A stretch of 63,684 bases of DNA, counting the filler, from Chiloscyllium plagiosum (Eukaryota): assembly GCF_004010195.1 (NCBI RefSeq). It is 4 parts of one record of this genome, joined end to end, with 100 filler letters (N's around TTAATTAATTAA, not from the genome) between each part and the next. Parts side by side here need not be neighbours in the genome. Positions count along the whole stretch, not along the records: positions 19,046 to 45,291 come from NC_057710.1; 3 more parts are not named here. One strand, 5' to 3'. Below, piece after piece: positions 22,813 to 36,574 of the stretch (positions within the stretch are counted from its first letter, which is position 1; every line of letters starts with the position of its first letter). The notes under the pieces are model-generated. The model had not been told where the DNA came from and did not search any database. It saw only the letters and a program-made list of their open reading frames with translations. The position numbers were made by a program, and so were the translations under genes.

Positions 22813-24989
22813 ATCTGGAATCTGCAGGTGTGGTTTCTATCACAGGCTCTCAAGTAACAAATCTGGTATTCAAAAGTTGGTGCTTGCCTCTTATGTAACA
22901 TGCTATGCTCTTTTGTAAAGGATACAAGCTGCTTACTTAATCACATTCTTCTTTCTAGCAAGCACCCTCAGAATCAGAAAATATATCTTGTTACTTGTGT
23001 ACTAAGTGATATCAATTTCCAGGGACACAAATATTGAATTCTATTGATTTATCTTGTAATGTGAATTTTTTAATGTTCATTTTAAGTTTCATATTTTAAG
23101 GAATATATGACCTTCACTACAAAGCTCATGTGACATTCAGAGGAATGGTCGTGTGAAGCATTGTACGTATCTTTTATTTAGGTGGCAATAAAAGATTTGA
23201 CTTTGTTTGGCGTATAGTTTTGCTAATAGCACATTTCACCTGCAAACAATGGTGTCTCCGGGTACAGGAATTTGGGCTGGCATTTTCCATTTTGCAGACT
23301 AAATGTTCGGGCAGACCTGTTAAGTAGTGACTGAATTGTCACCGCGAACACTGAGAAAGCCCACCAAATCAAGCTCCAATCAGCTTATTACGAACTGACT
23401 GTCACGTTTCTTAGCCAACTGAAGCTCTCAAAACTGAAGTGTCCTAGGTCCAAAAATCTGTTGGTTTTGGCCTAGACTTTAGGAAATTCAATGGCAAGAA
23501 GGCAAGTCTTTTTCTTTTGCTTCTTGTGGGGTGGGAGTCACAGGGAGTTCAGGGGTTTGGAGGCAAGAGCAATGAGATAGCCTTCAATGACCATCTCCTT
23601 GCCCCCCCCCCACCTACACTTTTCCTGTTGTATTTTTTACTAATATTTCTTTGTACAAAGTGAGACAAAGGTAATCAAATAAATACTCAAAGGAAATATC
23701 AGTTATACAACACTTTGTATTGGAATAATAAATGTACGAGACTTACTATTTGCACTGAATACCACCAGGAACAAACAGAGGTGGTCATGTTCTGGAGCAG
23801 AGAGTACTCCTGTTCTCTTGGCCAGTGTCTCTTAGGACCCACGGTCAAAAATTGTTCCTGGATCCTTACTGCTTTCTTTGAGCCCCTGACTCAGGGTCAT
23901 CCTTCTAATAAGTGTTGCTCCTAGGTCTTCATAATCACTATGCCAGTTTCTTCCTCTTTTATACCATTAGATCCTTCTTTCTTATCCCTGTACATGTCTC
24001 TGGTTATGTGCTATTTCTTAATTAACTCTGTGGATAATTTGGGTAAGCTCTTTCCAGATCTAATCACCCACCCATCTGGAGGATTGTGTATTTATTCATG
24101 TGATCACCTGCCTGTCTGGAGTTTTGCAGTGTATTATTTCACCTTGTGTGTTTGGAGCTGTTACCTTGTTTTCTGCTTTCCCTCCAGATGCCCATTCCTC
24201 ATGCAGGTTTAGACTATTCTAAGCTTTTACCTTTAACCTCTTGCTATCCCTACTATATGCTGGTTACTTTGGTCAAGGTAACTTTTGTTTTGGTGTCCTG
24301 TTTCATAGTGGTTGGTGGTGAGTTAAGGCCCTTAAGTGGCCCTTAATTGACCACTTAAAGTCTTGGATTACTGCCTGGCCAGGAAAGTCCCCAGTGGACT
24401 TCCTTACCCAGAACTTATTTGCTGAGGCGATGAGCAGGGGGTGAGTATCTCTCCAAGGCCAACTCATCCAATTATTTGCCCTTTTCACCACCATCTTCAC
24501 CACCTCCAGAGAGGGGAAACATGCATCCTTGGTAATTTACCTGATAATAGCCATGTGAATCTTTCAAATATGTAAAAGTACAATTAAATTTGTTAATAGA
24601 GAATTAGAAGATTGGAGAACCAATAAATGCACAAAGACACTAACAAATGCTGACTTTTAAATTTCACTATAATAATTGTAAATATGTGACTAAATATAAC
24701 TGATATTCCTCTGTCTGCTCTGCAATAAAGTCATCAACCGATTTACTTTAAACAGGTCAGTCCATTTGTCAAAAATAGCAGACAAAGAATATCATGACTT
24801 GCCATAAAGCACCAATGTTAAATAGTTCAGTTCCTATGTGTCAGCATTATTGTGAAGTTAGGTATAAGTTGCAATCTGGACATTTTCTAAATTTCTATCT
24901 CTTAAGAGCAAGTTTTGTGCTTTTAAGCCAAGGGGCAACATTGTTGGCATCAATAAATAAGATTTATTTTCCTTTATCTGCTCTTTGTA

Positions 24990-26043
24990 AGCTTTGCATG
25001 GTCAGGAAGGAGCGATCACATGCAGAGTGAGACAGAGTCCTGAGTGAATATATATCTTGAGGAATTTGGAGGCAGCATGGAAATTCAGTGGAGAGGGGAA
25101 GAGGTATTCTTTGCTCTTCTTTTTAGCTCATAGTTTGTAAGATTTTTTAAAAATGAGATAAATCCATGGATCAAGAGCCCAGCACAGAAGAGTGTAATCA
25201 CAGGTAAACCATAAGTTGTTGATAGATACTAATTTGACTGCTTATTTTCTGATTGAAGGTAAATAGGGGAAATATTTATAGGCTACAAATTAAGAAACTG
25301 GTACAAAATTTTCAAAATCAAATTAAGAACCAGTAATTAAAATAGTGATGCAGGGCCAGGTGACGTGTGGTACCTGTATGATATGGGAGCTGGTGAACCC
25401 CGTTGAGGTTCATAGTGACCACATCTGTAGCAAGTGTTGATTGAGGAACTCCAGCTCAGAGCTGATGAGCTGGAGTCTAAGCTTCAAACACTATGACACA
25501 TCAGGAAGGAGGAGAGTTACCTGGACACTGTGTTTCAGGAGGCAGTCACACCCCCTTAGATTAGCTACTCAAATTCAGTCAATGGTCAGGGGCAGGAGGG
25601 TGTGACTATGAATGAGGCAGTTAGAGGGACCCGGCAAGTAGTGCTGAATGAGTCTCAACCCTTGAGATTGTCTAAAAGGTTAGAGATTCTTGCTCCCTGT
25701 GTGGATGAGAGCAGGGGCTGAGGGAGGATGAGCAAACTGACCATAGCAACGTGGTACAGGGAGCCATTCAAGAGAGGGGAGAAAAGAGAAAGTTAGGTGT
25801 AATCTAGATTTGGTGATGTGTAATGAAACAGACTTAATTATGGAGCTTAAGATGAGGGTACCTCTAGGGACAATGACTGTAATATGATAAAATTTATCCT
25901 GCAGTTTGAGTGGGAGAAGCTTGAATCAAATGTAACGGTATTACAATTGAGTCAAGCTAACTATAAAGACAGGAGGGAGGATCTGGCCAGTCTTGGTGGG
26001 CCGAACGACCTGTTCCTATGTTGTACTGCTCTTTGTTCTTTGT
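24990..26043 (+). mobile_element. Old CR1, internally deleted (5' UTR, ORF1 N-terminus, endonuclease fragment, 3' tail)
   Basis: MQGQVTCGTCMIWEL...DHICSKC...EELQLRADELESKLQTL...FQEAVTP; at ~25800 it jumps to LDLVMCNE...; ends GGGCCGAACGACCTGTTCCTATGTTGTACTGCTCTTTGTTCTTTGT. Confidence 0.78.
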
Positions 26044-27867
26044 ATCTGATGATGTAAATAGACTTTACAGTAAATAGGCTTTCATTCCCAAAACAAACAA
26101 TCTTTCTGGACTGTCATTACTTCACCAGTATAAGTATCACATCTTCAGCTAAATAGGCCCACCCGTTTTTTTATAGCCACATCACTTCTCATTCTATTAA
26201 ACAAACATGACAACCTTCCCAACTACCTTTTATTTTAGGTGTTATGACAATCATTAAAGCACAGCACTTTAGTTTTATTATCTTCCTAGCTTTTCATCTT
26301 TTAAAGCAACATGAGCCCTCCTTTTAAGTGCATAAAACTCAAAGGTGTATCAATTGCAATTATCCCATTTTCTGCTGTTAAACCTTTGTTACAACACTAA
26401 AAATTAAATACAAAACTCACAAGCCATAAATTAGAGATTCACAATAATGGGCATGAATATCGAAATGCTAGATGAATTATTTGGCCTGCCACTCAACCTC
26501 CTGATGTGATTGGGGAGAGTAGAGGGTTCCTGCTCTACATTGATCGAGGCAGTTTGACACAGAACTTGCCCTCTTCTCAAGCCCTGCACCATCCCCTGTG
26601 ATGCTACAGAACCAGAGCCACTGTAATGTCACCTTGCCTGTTTAAAATTTGTGAGCACAGATAAGTAACTCCTCTGCCTTTCTTGAGAGGACACCAAAGC
26701 ACTCCTTGATATATGTACCAAAAACCATCCCAAAAACACTGTAGAGTATTTTCAGTCAATTTGTTGTGGAAAACCTTCCATACATTTTACATGTCTACAA
26801 TTAGGGTGTCCAACTCTTTAAACAATGCTGCTGGATCCATCTTTCTGTTTCATATTCCCTTTCATAACAGAGGACAACATAAGCATTTCTGGGGCTTGCA
26901 CTGTCTAATATTTGCATCCTGGTGTCAGCCGGTTTAGTTTGGACGACAACTTACGATGCGTTGTCTGCACCCATGAGTTAAGATGGGCCGTACAGGTAGT
27001 GACCCATGGCATTATCTACCCCACCCTGCCAAGAATCAAAGTAAATCTCGGGGAGCTAGAAAACTGAATTTCCTGCCTTCAATGTTTCTAATGCTTTGCT
27101 TTGCTACACAAGTACAAGCAATATTATTGTCTGGTCATATTACATATTTAATTATGATGTTGCAGAGAGATTTCAAAAAACAAAAAATCAACAAATTGTT
27201 TTTAGTTGGAGGAAAGACAAGAGTTGGAGCAACCATGTATCATTTTTACCACAATGGAACTGTGCTTATACAATGAAATAATGTGCTTTAACTTGGTTTA
27301 TGTCATGGTTTTAAGCAAATGAGAGCCTGTCAAATACCCATTCTCGAATGTATTTTTAATTACAAACAAAGGCATAAATGAAGACAACAGCAGAAGCAAT
27401 TTACAGGATGACCGCATGGTTACATTTTCCAGGCAGAATGTTCCAGAAAATGCATTTGCCTGAAAAGCTTTATAACAGGACAATGCTGGTCATTAAGTGG
27501 GTGTTAGGTAATTTGAGTCATTAGTATGCAGGGCAACAGGAAATTCATACATGTGTTCTGCTGCTGCATTTTAACTGTGAAATGTCTGGGTGGCATTATG
27601 CTTCTGCTAATATGAGTATTTCTCTTGATAAAAAGAGTCTTGCTGTTTAATCGTTTCCGGTTCATGTTGTGATAGAGGTGACAGCAAATCCATTATATCC
27701 TGCATTGAATTAGGTGTTTCTCCATTGTCTAATAAATCTGCAACATAGTTTTTGTTTCCTTTGACAATTACTTTCCTAGTTCAGCTGACTGCTGTAAATC
27801 CAGTGGAAGATCACAGGATAGCTGTTTAATAGAATTTTCGCTCAAAATATTGCAGGCAATCCGAATA

Positions 27868-30800
27868 AACAACAACAGTTTGCATTTATATAGCATTCTT
27901 AACATCGTTAGGCATTTCAAGGTGCCTCATAAAAGTATTTCCAAACAAAGTTTGACACCAGCGCACAGAAGGAGATGTCATAACACATGAACAGATTAGT
28001 TTAATTTGGCGTCATGTTCAGCACATCATGAGCAAGCGGGCCTGTTCCTGTGTTGTACAGTTCTACATTCTAGATCCTATGACCCAATCTTTGGTCAGAA
28101 AGTTTGTATCCAAGAATTCTTGGAGGAGAGAGAGGATCAGAATGGAGAGGTATACCGAGGGAATTCCAGAAGTTGGGCTTAGATACCTGAGGATATAGAA
28201 ATGCTCAAGGGCCAGAACTGTAAAGGCAAAGAAATCTCAGTCTTGAAAGACTTCAGGAAGTTACATAAATAGCAGTGACAAGACCATGGAGGGAACAGAA
28301 AGTGGAATAAAATTGAAGCATTACTGGACTGGCAGTCTTTGTCCATCAGGAAGGACAGGTCCTTGTTCAGTAATGGACAGGTGCTTGTTTGGTAATGGAC
28401 AGGTGTATGTTCGGTAATGGATAGGTGCTTGTTCAGATATGGACAGGTGTTTGTTCAGTAATGGACAGGTGCTTGTTCGGTTATGGATAGGTGTTTGTTC
28501 GGTTATGGACAGGTGTATGTTCAGTAATGGACAGGTACTTGTTCGGTAATGGACAGGTGCTTGTTCGGTAATGGACAGGTGTTTGTTCAGTTATGGACAG
28601 GTGCTTGTTCGGTAATGGACAGGCGCTTGTTTGGATATGGACGGGTGCTTGTTTAGTAATAGACAGGTGTTTGGTTATGGACAGGTGCTTGTTTGGGTAT
28701 GGACAGGTGTTTGTTTGGGTATGGACAGGTGCTTGTTCAGTAATGAACAGGTGCTTGTTCGGTTATGGACAGGTGTTTGTTTGGGTATGGACAGGTGCTT
28801 GTTCAGTAATGAACAGGTGCTTGTTCGGTTATGGACAGGTGTTTGTTTGGATATGGACAGGTGCTTGTTCGGTAATGGACAGGTTCTTGTTTGGTTATGG
28901 ACAGGTGTTTGTTTGGGTATGGACAGGTGCTTGTTCAGTTATGGACAGGTGCTTGTTTGGGTATGGACAGGTGTTTGTTTGGGTATGGACAGATGCTTGT
29001 TCAGTTATGGACAGGTGCTTGTTCAGTTATGGACAGGTGTATGTTCGGTAATGGACAGGTGCTTGTTTAGTTATGGACAGGTGCTTGTTCAGATATGGAC
29101 AGGTGCTTGTTTGGATATGGACAGGTGCTTGTTCGGGTATGGACAGGTATTTGTTTGGATATGGACAGGTGCTTGTTTAGATAGGGACAGGTGTTTGTTT
29201 AGATAGGGACAGGTGTTTGTTCGGGTATGGACAGGTGCTTGTTCAGATATGGACAGGTGTTTGTTTGGATATGGACAGGTGCTTGTTTAGATATGGACAG
29301 GTGTTTGTTCGGGTATCGACAGGTGCTTGTTCGGTAATGGACAGGTGTTTGTTTGGTTATGGACAAGTGCTTGTTTGGATATGGACAGGTGCTTGTTCGG
29401 GTATGGACAGTTGCTTGTTCGGGTATGGACAGGTATTTGTTTGGATATGGACAGGTGCTTGTTCGGGTATGGACAGGTATTTGTTTGGATATGGACAGGT
29501 GCTTGTTTGGATATGGACAGGTATTTGTTTGGATATGGACAGGTGCTTGTTCGGGTATGGACAGGTATTTGTTTGGATATGGACAGGTGCTTGTTCGGGT
29601 ATGGACAGGTATTTGTTTGGATATGGACAGGTGCTTGTTCGGGTATGGACAGGTATTTGTTTGGATATGGACAGGTGCTTGTTCGGGTATGGACAGGTAT
29701 TTGTTTGGATATGGACAGGTGCTTGTTCGGGTATGGACAGGTATTTGTTTGGATATGGACAGGTGCTTGTTCGGGTATGGACAGGTATTTGTTTGGATAT
29801 GGACAGGTGCTTGTTCGGGTATGGACAGGTATTTGTTTGGATATGGACAGGTGCTTGTTCGGGTATGGACAGGTATTTGTTTGGATATGGACAGGTGCTT
29901 GTTCGGGTATGGACAGGTATTTGTTTGGATATGGACAGGTGCTTGTTTGGGTATGGACAGGTATTTGTTTGGATATGGACAGGTGCTTGTTTAGATAGGG
30001 ACAGGTGTTTGTTTAGATAGGGACAGGTGTTTGTTCGGGTATGGACAGGTGCTTGTTTGGATATGGACAGGTGCTTGTTCGGGTATGGACAGGTATTTGT
30101 TTGGATATGAACAGGTGCTTGTTTAGATAGGGACAGGTGTTTGTTTAGATAGGGACAGGTGTTTGTTCGGGTATGGACAGGTGCTTGTTCAGATATGGAC
30201 AGGTGTTTGTTTGGATATGGACAGGTGCTTGTTTAGATAGGGACAGGTGTTTGTTCGGGTATGGACAGGTGCTTGTTCGATAATGAACAGGTGTTTGTTT
30301 GGTTATGGACAAGTGCTTGTTTGGTTATGGACAAGTGCTTGTTTGGATATGGACAGGTGCTTGTTCGGATATGGACAGGTCTGTGTTCAGTAATGGATAG
30401 GTGCTTGTTCGGATATGGACAGGTGCTTGTTCAGATATGGACAGGTGAATTTTGGATGCTCTCAACTATATGTAAAATGAATGAAGAAAAACTGTGCAAG
30501 GGAGGGGTGCAATATTCATGATAAAGACAATCATGAGTGTTTCAGTAAAGAGCTCAGGTATCAGGAAGTTCATTGATGTTACAAAGTAAATGTACGCATT
30601 CTTGATAATGAGTGGATATTTGAAAAGAAACCTCAACTTGGGGTTAAGTGTGACACAAAAGTTGTGAATAGTCTGGATCATCCTCTGAGTACTGCCATAG
30701 GGAGAGGTGGAGTCAGTGGCAAAAGTGTGGAGTTGTTTAGGGAAGCGAGACTTTGGTCCTTTAAATATTTAGTCAGTGGAAAGTTCTGCAAATACTGGGG

Positions 30801-31130
30801 TTAGTGAAGTTGAAACTGGAGTTGACCTCAGTCCAGGCTGTATTTGTCAGTTGTCTTCCCATGGAAACAGTACTTCTCTCCCTGGCAGACAGTGGGAGAA
30901 TGTCTCGAGAAAGCTCACAGAAGTTTGGAGCCATTTTCTCCCGGGGTGGATAGGGGGTGATCCACAGAGGTTGTATGATGCTGCAGAATTGCAGCAAGTA
31001 AAGTGCTCAACAGGTGCCTTTCAGTTATGGCGTCTGGAAGATGGAGAGGAGCAGCTCGCACATGCATATGTAAAGAGCGATGATGAACATAATCACATGA
31101 CACAATGTGACTCAACCCAAGTGAAAGCAG
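27868..31130 (-). mobile_element. Ancient L2-type LINE 3' region, interrupted by a short CR1 tail (~27985-28080) and the 22-bp minisatellite
   Basis: AACAACAACAGTTTGCATTTATATAGC is a typical reverse L2 tail; GAGGGAATTCCAGA.., TTTTGGATG.., ATGAGTGTTTCAG.. and AATATTTAGT..GGAAA remnants continue on both sides of the array; similar pieces occur at 61.5-62.5 kb. Confidence 0.65.
28351..30447 (+). repeat. 22-bp minisatellite, ~95 units
   Basis: Unit ATGGACAGGTGCTTGTTCGGGT with variants; 22-aa ORF periodicity equals 3 units; central 44-bp dimeric repeat. Confidence 0.97.
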
Positions 31131-31291
31131 CTATTGTTTTAGGCCAGACACCACACTTAGTTTTTTAAAAAAAGTTAAGATTCTGACTGTCAGTATGGCT
31201 TCAATCCTTGTGACAAAGAAGTCCGTGACCCCTTATGATTGTTGTAGGTAAGGATGGGGTGGGGGGAATGAGAATGGTGTTGTGGAAAAGG

Positions 31292-31392
31292 AAGTTGGAT
31301 TTATACAGTGCTTTTTCACACCCACTGAATGCCTGAAAACACTTTACAAGGAATGAAGCTCTTTTGAATTGTAGTCACTGTTGTAATGTAGG
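31292..31392 (-). mobile_element. Old SINE 3' fragment with L2-type tail (possibly Deu-domain SINE)
   Basis: TTGGATTTATACAGTGCTTTTTCAC...CACTTTACAAGGAATGAAG..CTTTTGAATTGTAGTCACTGTTGTAATGTAGG, recognised from memory of this family. Confidence 0.5.
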
Positions 31393-31397
31393 GCATG

Positions 31398-31714
31398 TTT
31401 TATTTATTTATTGGATGCAGGCATTGCTGGCTGATCCCTAACTGAGAGTTAAGAGTCAACCACATTGGAGTGACATGTAGGTCCGATTGGGTAAGGATGA
31501 CAGCTTCCTTCTCCAAAGGGGATTAGTGAACCAGATTGATTTTACCCAATAGTCTGCAATGGTTTTGTGGCCATCATTAGACTCTTAATTCCAGGTTTTT
31601 TTTCATTTTATTCCACCATCTCTCCTTGGAGGATTTGAACCAAGGTCCCTTGAACATTACTTGAGTCCCTGGATTTATAGTCGAGCGCTACTACCGGCAG
31701 GCCATTGCCTCCTC
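31398..31714 (-). mobile_element. tRNA-derived SINE sharing its head with the LINE at 14586 and its tail with the LINE ends at 44352 and 56397
   Basis: Minus strand: GAGGCAATGGCCTGCCGGTAG (A-box-like) ... GGTTCAAATCC (B box) ... GGTTCACTAATCCCCTTTGGAGAAGGAAGCTG ... CAGCCAGCAATGCCTGCATCC then A-rich end. Confidence 0.75.
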
Positions 31715-34700
31715 ATGTAGGAGATGAAAGAGTACAGTTTGTACAGATAAAGTAATAGTCATCAATTTTATCCAAGCAGTACCACAGCCGAGAATGCTTT
31801 TCCCAATGAAACTCCTGGTGCCAATGAATGTCATTGCTATTTATTAATGCTGAAGATTTTAATGCCTCAGAGTACGTTTAGTAGCTCTCTGTTTACAGAT
31901 AGAAGAGCAAAGTTCAGATCCAATGTATTTCATTATTGTACTAATATGGTTCAGTAATAACTCAGATGAAAATATCCAGTGCAGTTAATTCATAATTATA
32001 AATGGCAAATCAGTTCTGCCATAATCATATATAATTGTACATAATTACATTATACCTCAACATATATCTTTACTACCATATTTCTGTCCTCTATTGTATC
32101 ATAATGGTGGAATTGATTGTGCCCAGAGCTCTTCAAAAGGCTGCTCGTTTAAATCCCCATCTCCATTAGTTAGCAAAAGGATTATTCTTCGTTATATTTG
32201 ATTCATCTGCATCTCATTGCTTATTTCACAATGACCGTTTTATATTCAGCAGTGCAGATCATTACCAACACCTTATTGACTCACTGCTACTTCTATAATT
32301 TCAGAGGGAATAATTCTATAATTTGGAGGGAATAATTAATCTCAGAATCACAATGCTTCCATTTGGCAGCACTTTCACTCCTGTAATATTCACTCCTTTA
32401 ATAATTTCCAGAGTTAATGCAAGTAATAAGAGACATTACCTGTTTATTATTCTTACATACCAGCAGGAAATTAAAAAGAATCCCAGAAGTAATTGTATAG
32501 AATCATTGTTTATGGACTTATCTGGACACATTGGGAAAGCAATGACCTTGCCACATACAGTCTGTCAGATTTACCAGGAATACCATTTATTCTTCAGCAA
32601 ACCTTATGGAAAACTATCATGTGCCTTCTGTAAATAATTAATTACTGTGGTTTATCAGATTGTGTTTGACAAAGACACTCAAGGCCCTTGGAACAAATGC
32701 ACGAAATGCATTTGAAAATGAATGATGCTTTTCCTTCTATCAGCATCTTCTCATCTACCTGTTCCAGGACATTGTTTTAGATCCAGAAATAGCAATCCAC
32801 TCTCTTAGTTCAATCCATGCAGCCACAGGGAGATGTTCTTGCTCTGTTTTAATTTTAAGTGTTGACAGAGATGAATTGTTCTGATCCACTCAAACCCCCT
32901 GTGATTTCTGGGTGTCAAAAAATGTAAGTTGAATCACCAAAGAGTCTATTCTCACATGTGATAGAGCTTCATGAATTGTATCAGGGTATAATAGTCCTAC
33001 CTCTAACTGAAGTGGAGAAAGGTGACAGTGGCTGTTAATATGTAGGTAAAGGCTAAACTCCAATAATGATACTCAGCGGCTCGAGAACTGGAATCCAAAC
33101 TAATTGGTTACCATGCAAAGTACATTAAAGGCACAAAGCAAAGAAAGATGCTGTTGTTTTTTTTAACTACTTACTCTAGACATATCTGACGTCCACATTA
33201 TCGCCAGCGGCCAATATCAAATCAAAAAGTAGAACATGTATCGCCCAGCATTTAAATTCTCAAAGATAAATAGGAAAACTAAATGTGGAAGATCTGAGTT
33301 CATTTCAGCAAAAGAAAGTGAATGCCTCAGAATTGGAGGACAGAGTAGTAGCTTAGGTGAAATTGTTCAATTTATTTTTGTCAGAGACAATATTCCACCT
33401 TACAACAGAGCTATTCAAAAACAAGAATAATCATGTATAAATAACATCTTTTATTGAATACCCTTAGGTCAAGACTCATGATGCATGATGACATGATGTT
33501 TCGAGTGAGACAGAGGTCATGTTAAATCAGACAGTGGAACTAATTGATACCAAAACTGGCATTTAGAGGTCTATATATTGACGTATAGTATTTATTGGTT
33601 CTGGAACTGATTCAATACTCATTGTTTAAATTCTAACAGAACAACAAGTTACATAATTGCATGCAATAAATCTGGCAACTTGTGGAGTAATACCAGGGTA
33701 TAATGACTATGAAAGCTGTCAGAAAGGTTCAATGGTTTCATTCAGACTATGTAGCTAACTTCTAATTTGCTTAAGGTAACCATGAGTGAACAATGAATAC
33801 TTCCATGTCATTGTTGCCCATTACCCTCCTCATCCCCATTCCGGGGAACAGGTGATAAAGGGAAGCAGGAAGACAAAACTGAATTCCAGACATCAGAAGG
33901 AAGGATGAGAAGCTGACATTTTGATCTAAACATTTCCAATGAAGGTATAAAGATTAAAACACATTTTTATGGTCTATCATTAGAAGGTGAATTAATTGTT
34001 GACATAATCATTAGTAATGTCAAACCTGATAAAGATTCAAGTATTTAAAGCTGAAACTTGAAAGACAAACATATATTCACTGTCCTAATCTGTTATGAAC
34101 CTGACCTTTTTTCCTACATGAGTATACATCACCAATATAGGATGGCCTCCCGACTGAAACTCTATTCTATTCATATGGAACCTGTCACTCGAATGGAGGA
34201 AATTCTGATGGCACTGCAGTGGAGCATATGATGCAATGTCAGAAAGAGTGAGAGGGCAAATTATAAGAGATAGATTTTCATAGATAATGTTGAAAAGAAA
34301 ATGAAAAGAATGGCTTTCCATGGGCTGCAGACTCAATATTTAACTTCACAGCTGTCCTAACCATTTGTGAAATCACTGATAGTTTGGCTGAACATAAGTG
34401 GAATTGTCTGAATTGAAGCATTCATTGTCATACCCTTGCTTAGATAGAGTTGATATGTGGTATGTATTACTGACAATAAATCCCTAATGCAACATGTATT
34501 GATAACCTAAATTTAGGCACCTCAAGTAAAATAAACCACAACTAAGGTCCAAGAGCTCCTTGAAGGCAAATCTCAGGAAGTCTGGTACCATTGACCACAG
34601 GTGGGGAGAAAAACACACTAGACTGAGCTACCTGGGCTGCAATCTCAATTTGTAGAGCTTTCTGCATTTGAACTGTAAAGAATGCAGGCAAATAAGTACA

Positions 34701-35667
34701 AAAGACAAACTGGAAAGACAGAACAGTCTGAACAAAATCAAACAATTCATCTTTGCCACACAATGAAATGCCAGGCAGCTCAGTAATCGACAACTGTATT
34801 AAAAAGAAGAGATAGGTCTAAGTATACAAGGATCTTCAATAACAAAGGGAAGCCAACAATGATAAACTTTGCTGCCATTTAAATGAGGCTGAACTGTCAA
34901 ATATTGAGTGACCAGGTTGCCTGATAGTTGATGAACATTTTTTGCTGTGTTGTCAGCGGATCCCATTTCCCTTCTTCCTCAGCCAATTGTTGTGGACAGA
35001 GCAGAAAAAAACACATCTAGGCCATCAAGTCTACATTTACTTATATTGAAAAATCTGGGATATTGTTAATTTTGATCATAATCAAAATTAAATATTGTAT
35101 GCCAATATTTTACCTTGATCTTACTCTACAAATATAAATGAATGAACATTAATAAAATTTATCTATTGATGTTTTAACAGCAGCAATAATCTGTGTAAAA
35201 TACATTTGATATGTAGTTGCTAACTTCTAGTACTAATATTCACACAGTACACTTTTAATAAAAACCAATGTGAAAATTGCTCTGAAATTTTGCATCAGGT
35301 TAGCTACATTAAAGGCTTTGTCTGCTTCTAAGAGTTTGGGGCTTCGCATCACAGGTTTATGGATTGAACATTACGAGAAAAGGTATGATAGTTTAGTAGC
35401 TGTGGCAGTAGATTCGGAGGGAGACATGAGTTCAATTCCGTAATGGCAACATAGTGAATTAAATTTAATAAAGTTAGTTATTTATGGAAGAGCAGCAAGA
35501 AAACAACCACAAGTGTGTGTGTGTGTGTTTGGTCGTTCTGTGATGTCCTTCAGGAGAAGCTTCTGTCACCGCTGCACAGTCTATTTTGCAGATGACTATG
35601 ATTACATGGCACAGTTAACTCTTAATGCAGTCAACAGTGATCTACCAAGGTAATTTTGAAGGAAATT

Positions 35668-35870
35668 TCCCTCTGACTAATGCACCTAGCACTATGGTGT
35701 AATCTAGCATGGCCAAATCACCTGACCTGCACATCTTTGGACTGTGGGAGGAAACCAGAGCACCTGGAGGAAACCCACGCAGACACGGGGAGAATGTGCA
35801 AACTCCACACAGACATTTGCCCAATGTTGGAATTGAACCAGGGTCCCTGGAGCTGTGAGGCAACAGTGAT
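35668..35870 (-). mobile_element. HE1-type V-SINE fragment
   Basis: CACCTGACCTGCACATCTTTGGACTGTGGGAGGAAACC...GCAAACTCCACACAGAC...GGAATTGAACCAGGGTCCCTGG. Confidence 0.9.
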
Positions 35871-36574
35871 ATCATATGGTGTGAATTGCCTCAAGACAGG
35901 TATCTGTGATGCTGGGGACCTCAGGGGTAGCCTCAGATATATCATCTACCTAATACTTCTGGCTTACAGATGCTTCAGCTTAACTTTTGCACAAATGAGC
36001 TGGGCTAGGCTTTCACTTCAGATGATGATGTTGAGTACTGTCCTTTAATTGTTTAATTGTCTATAATCCTCACTTATTGCAGCATATGACAGGACAGTAG
36101 AGCTTTGATGTGATTCTTTTTCAGTGGCATTGAAATATTTGTCTATTGCATACTGGTCTATTGCATACTGGTTCCCCTGTTTAAATAATGCATATAATCC
36201 TGTAACGTAGTTTCACTCAGTTGCCAGTTGATTGCTGCTGCTCCTGACACGCTCTCCTGCACTCCTCACTGAACCAAGGTAGATCACCCGACTTGATGTT
36301 AATGTAGAAAGAGGGATATGTCTTTGTGGTAGGCTGCATGTTTATTTTAGTAGTAGATCTGTTAGATGAAGGTTCATGCAGAACAAAGAGAATTTGTATG
36401 AACTAACAGATGGTAACTCTTACACAAAGAAAATATTAGAATTCCTTGTTATTATTGATATGAGTCAAATAATGCTTTACGACATAATCCCTATTTTCAT
36501 ATTTAAATTTTAAGTCTCTTAATGTCAAATTGACCAATCAGATTGACGTTATCATAAGGTCGCCTTATTCTTTC

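Noticed and set aside
28593..30521. Repetitive MDRCLFGYGQVFVWIWTGACSG ORFs
   Set aside because: Translation of the 22-bp minisatellite; all three plus frames give the same cyclic peptide.
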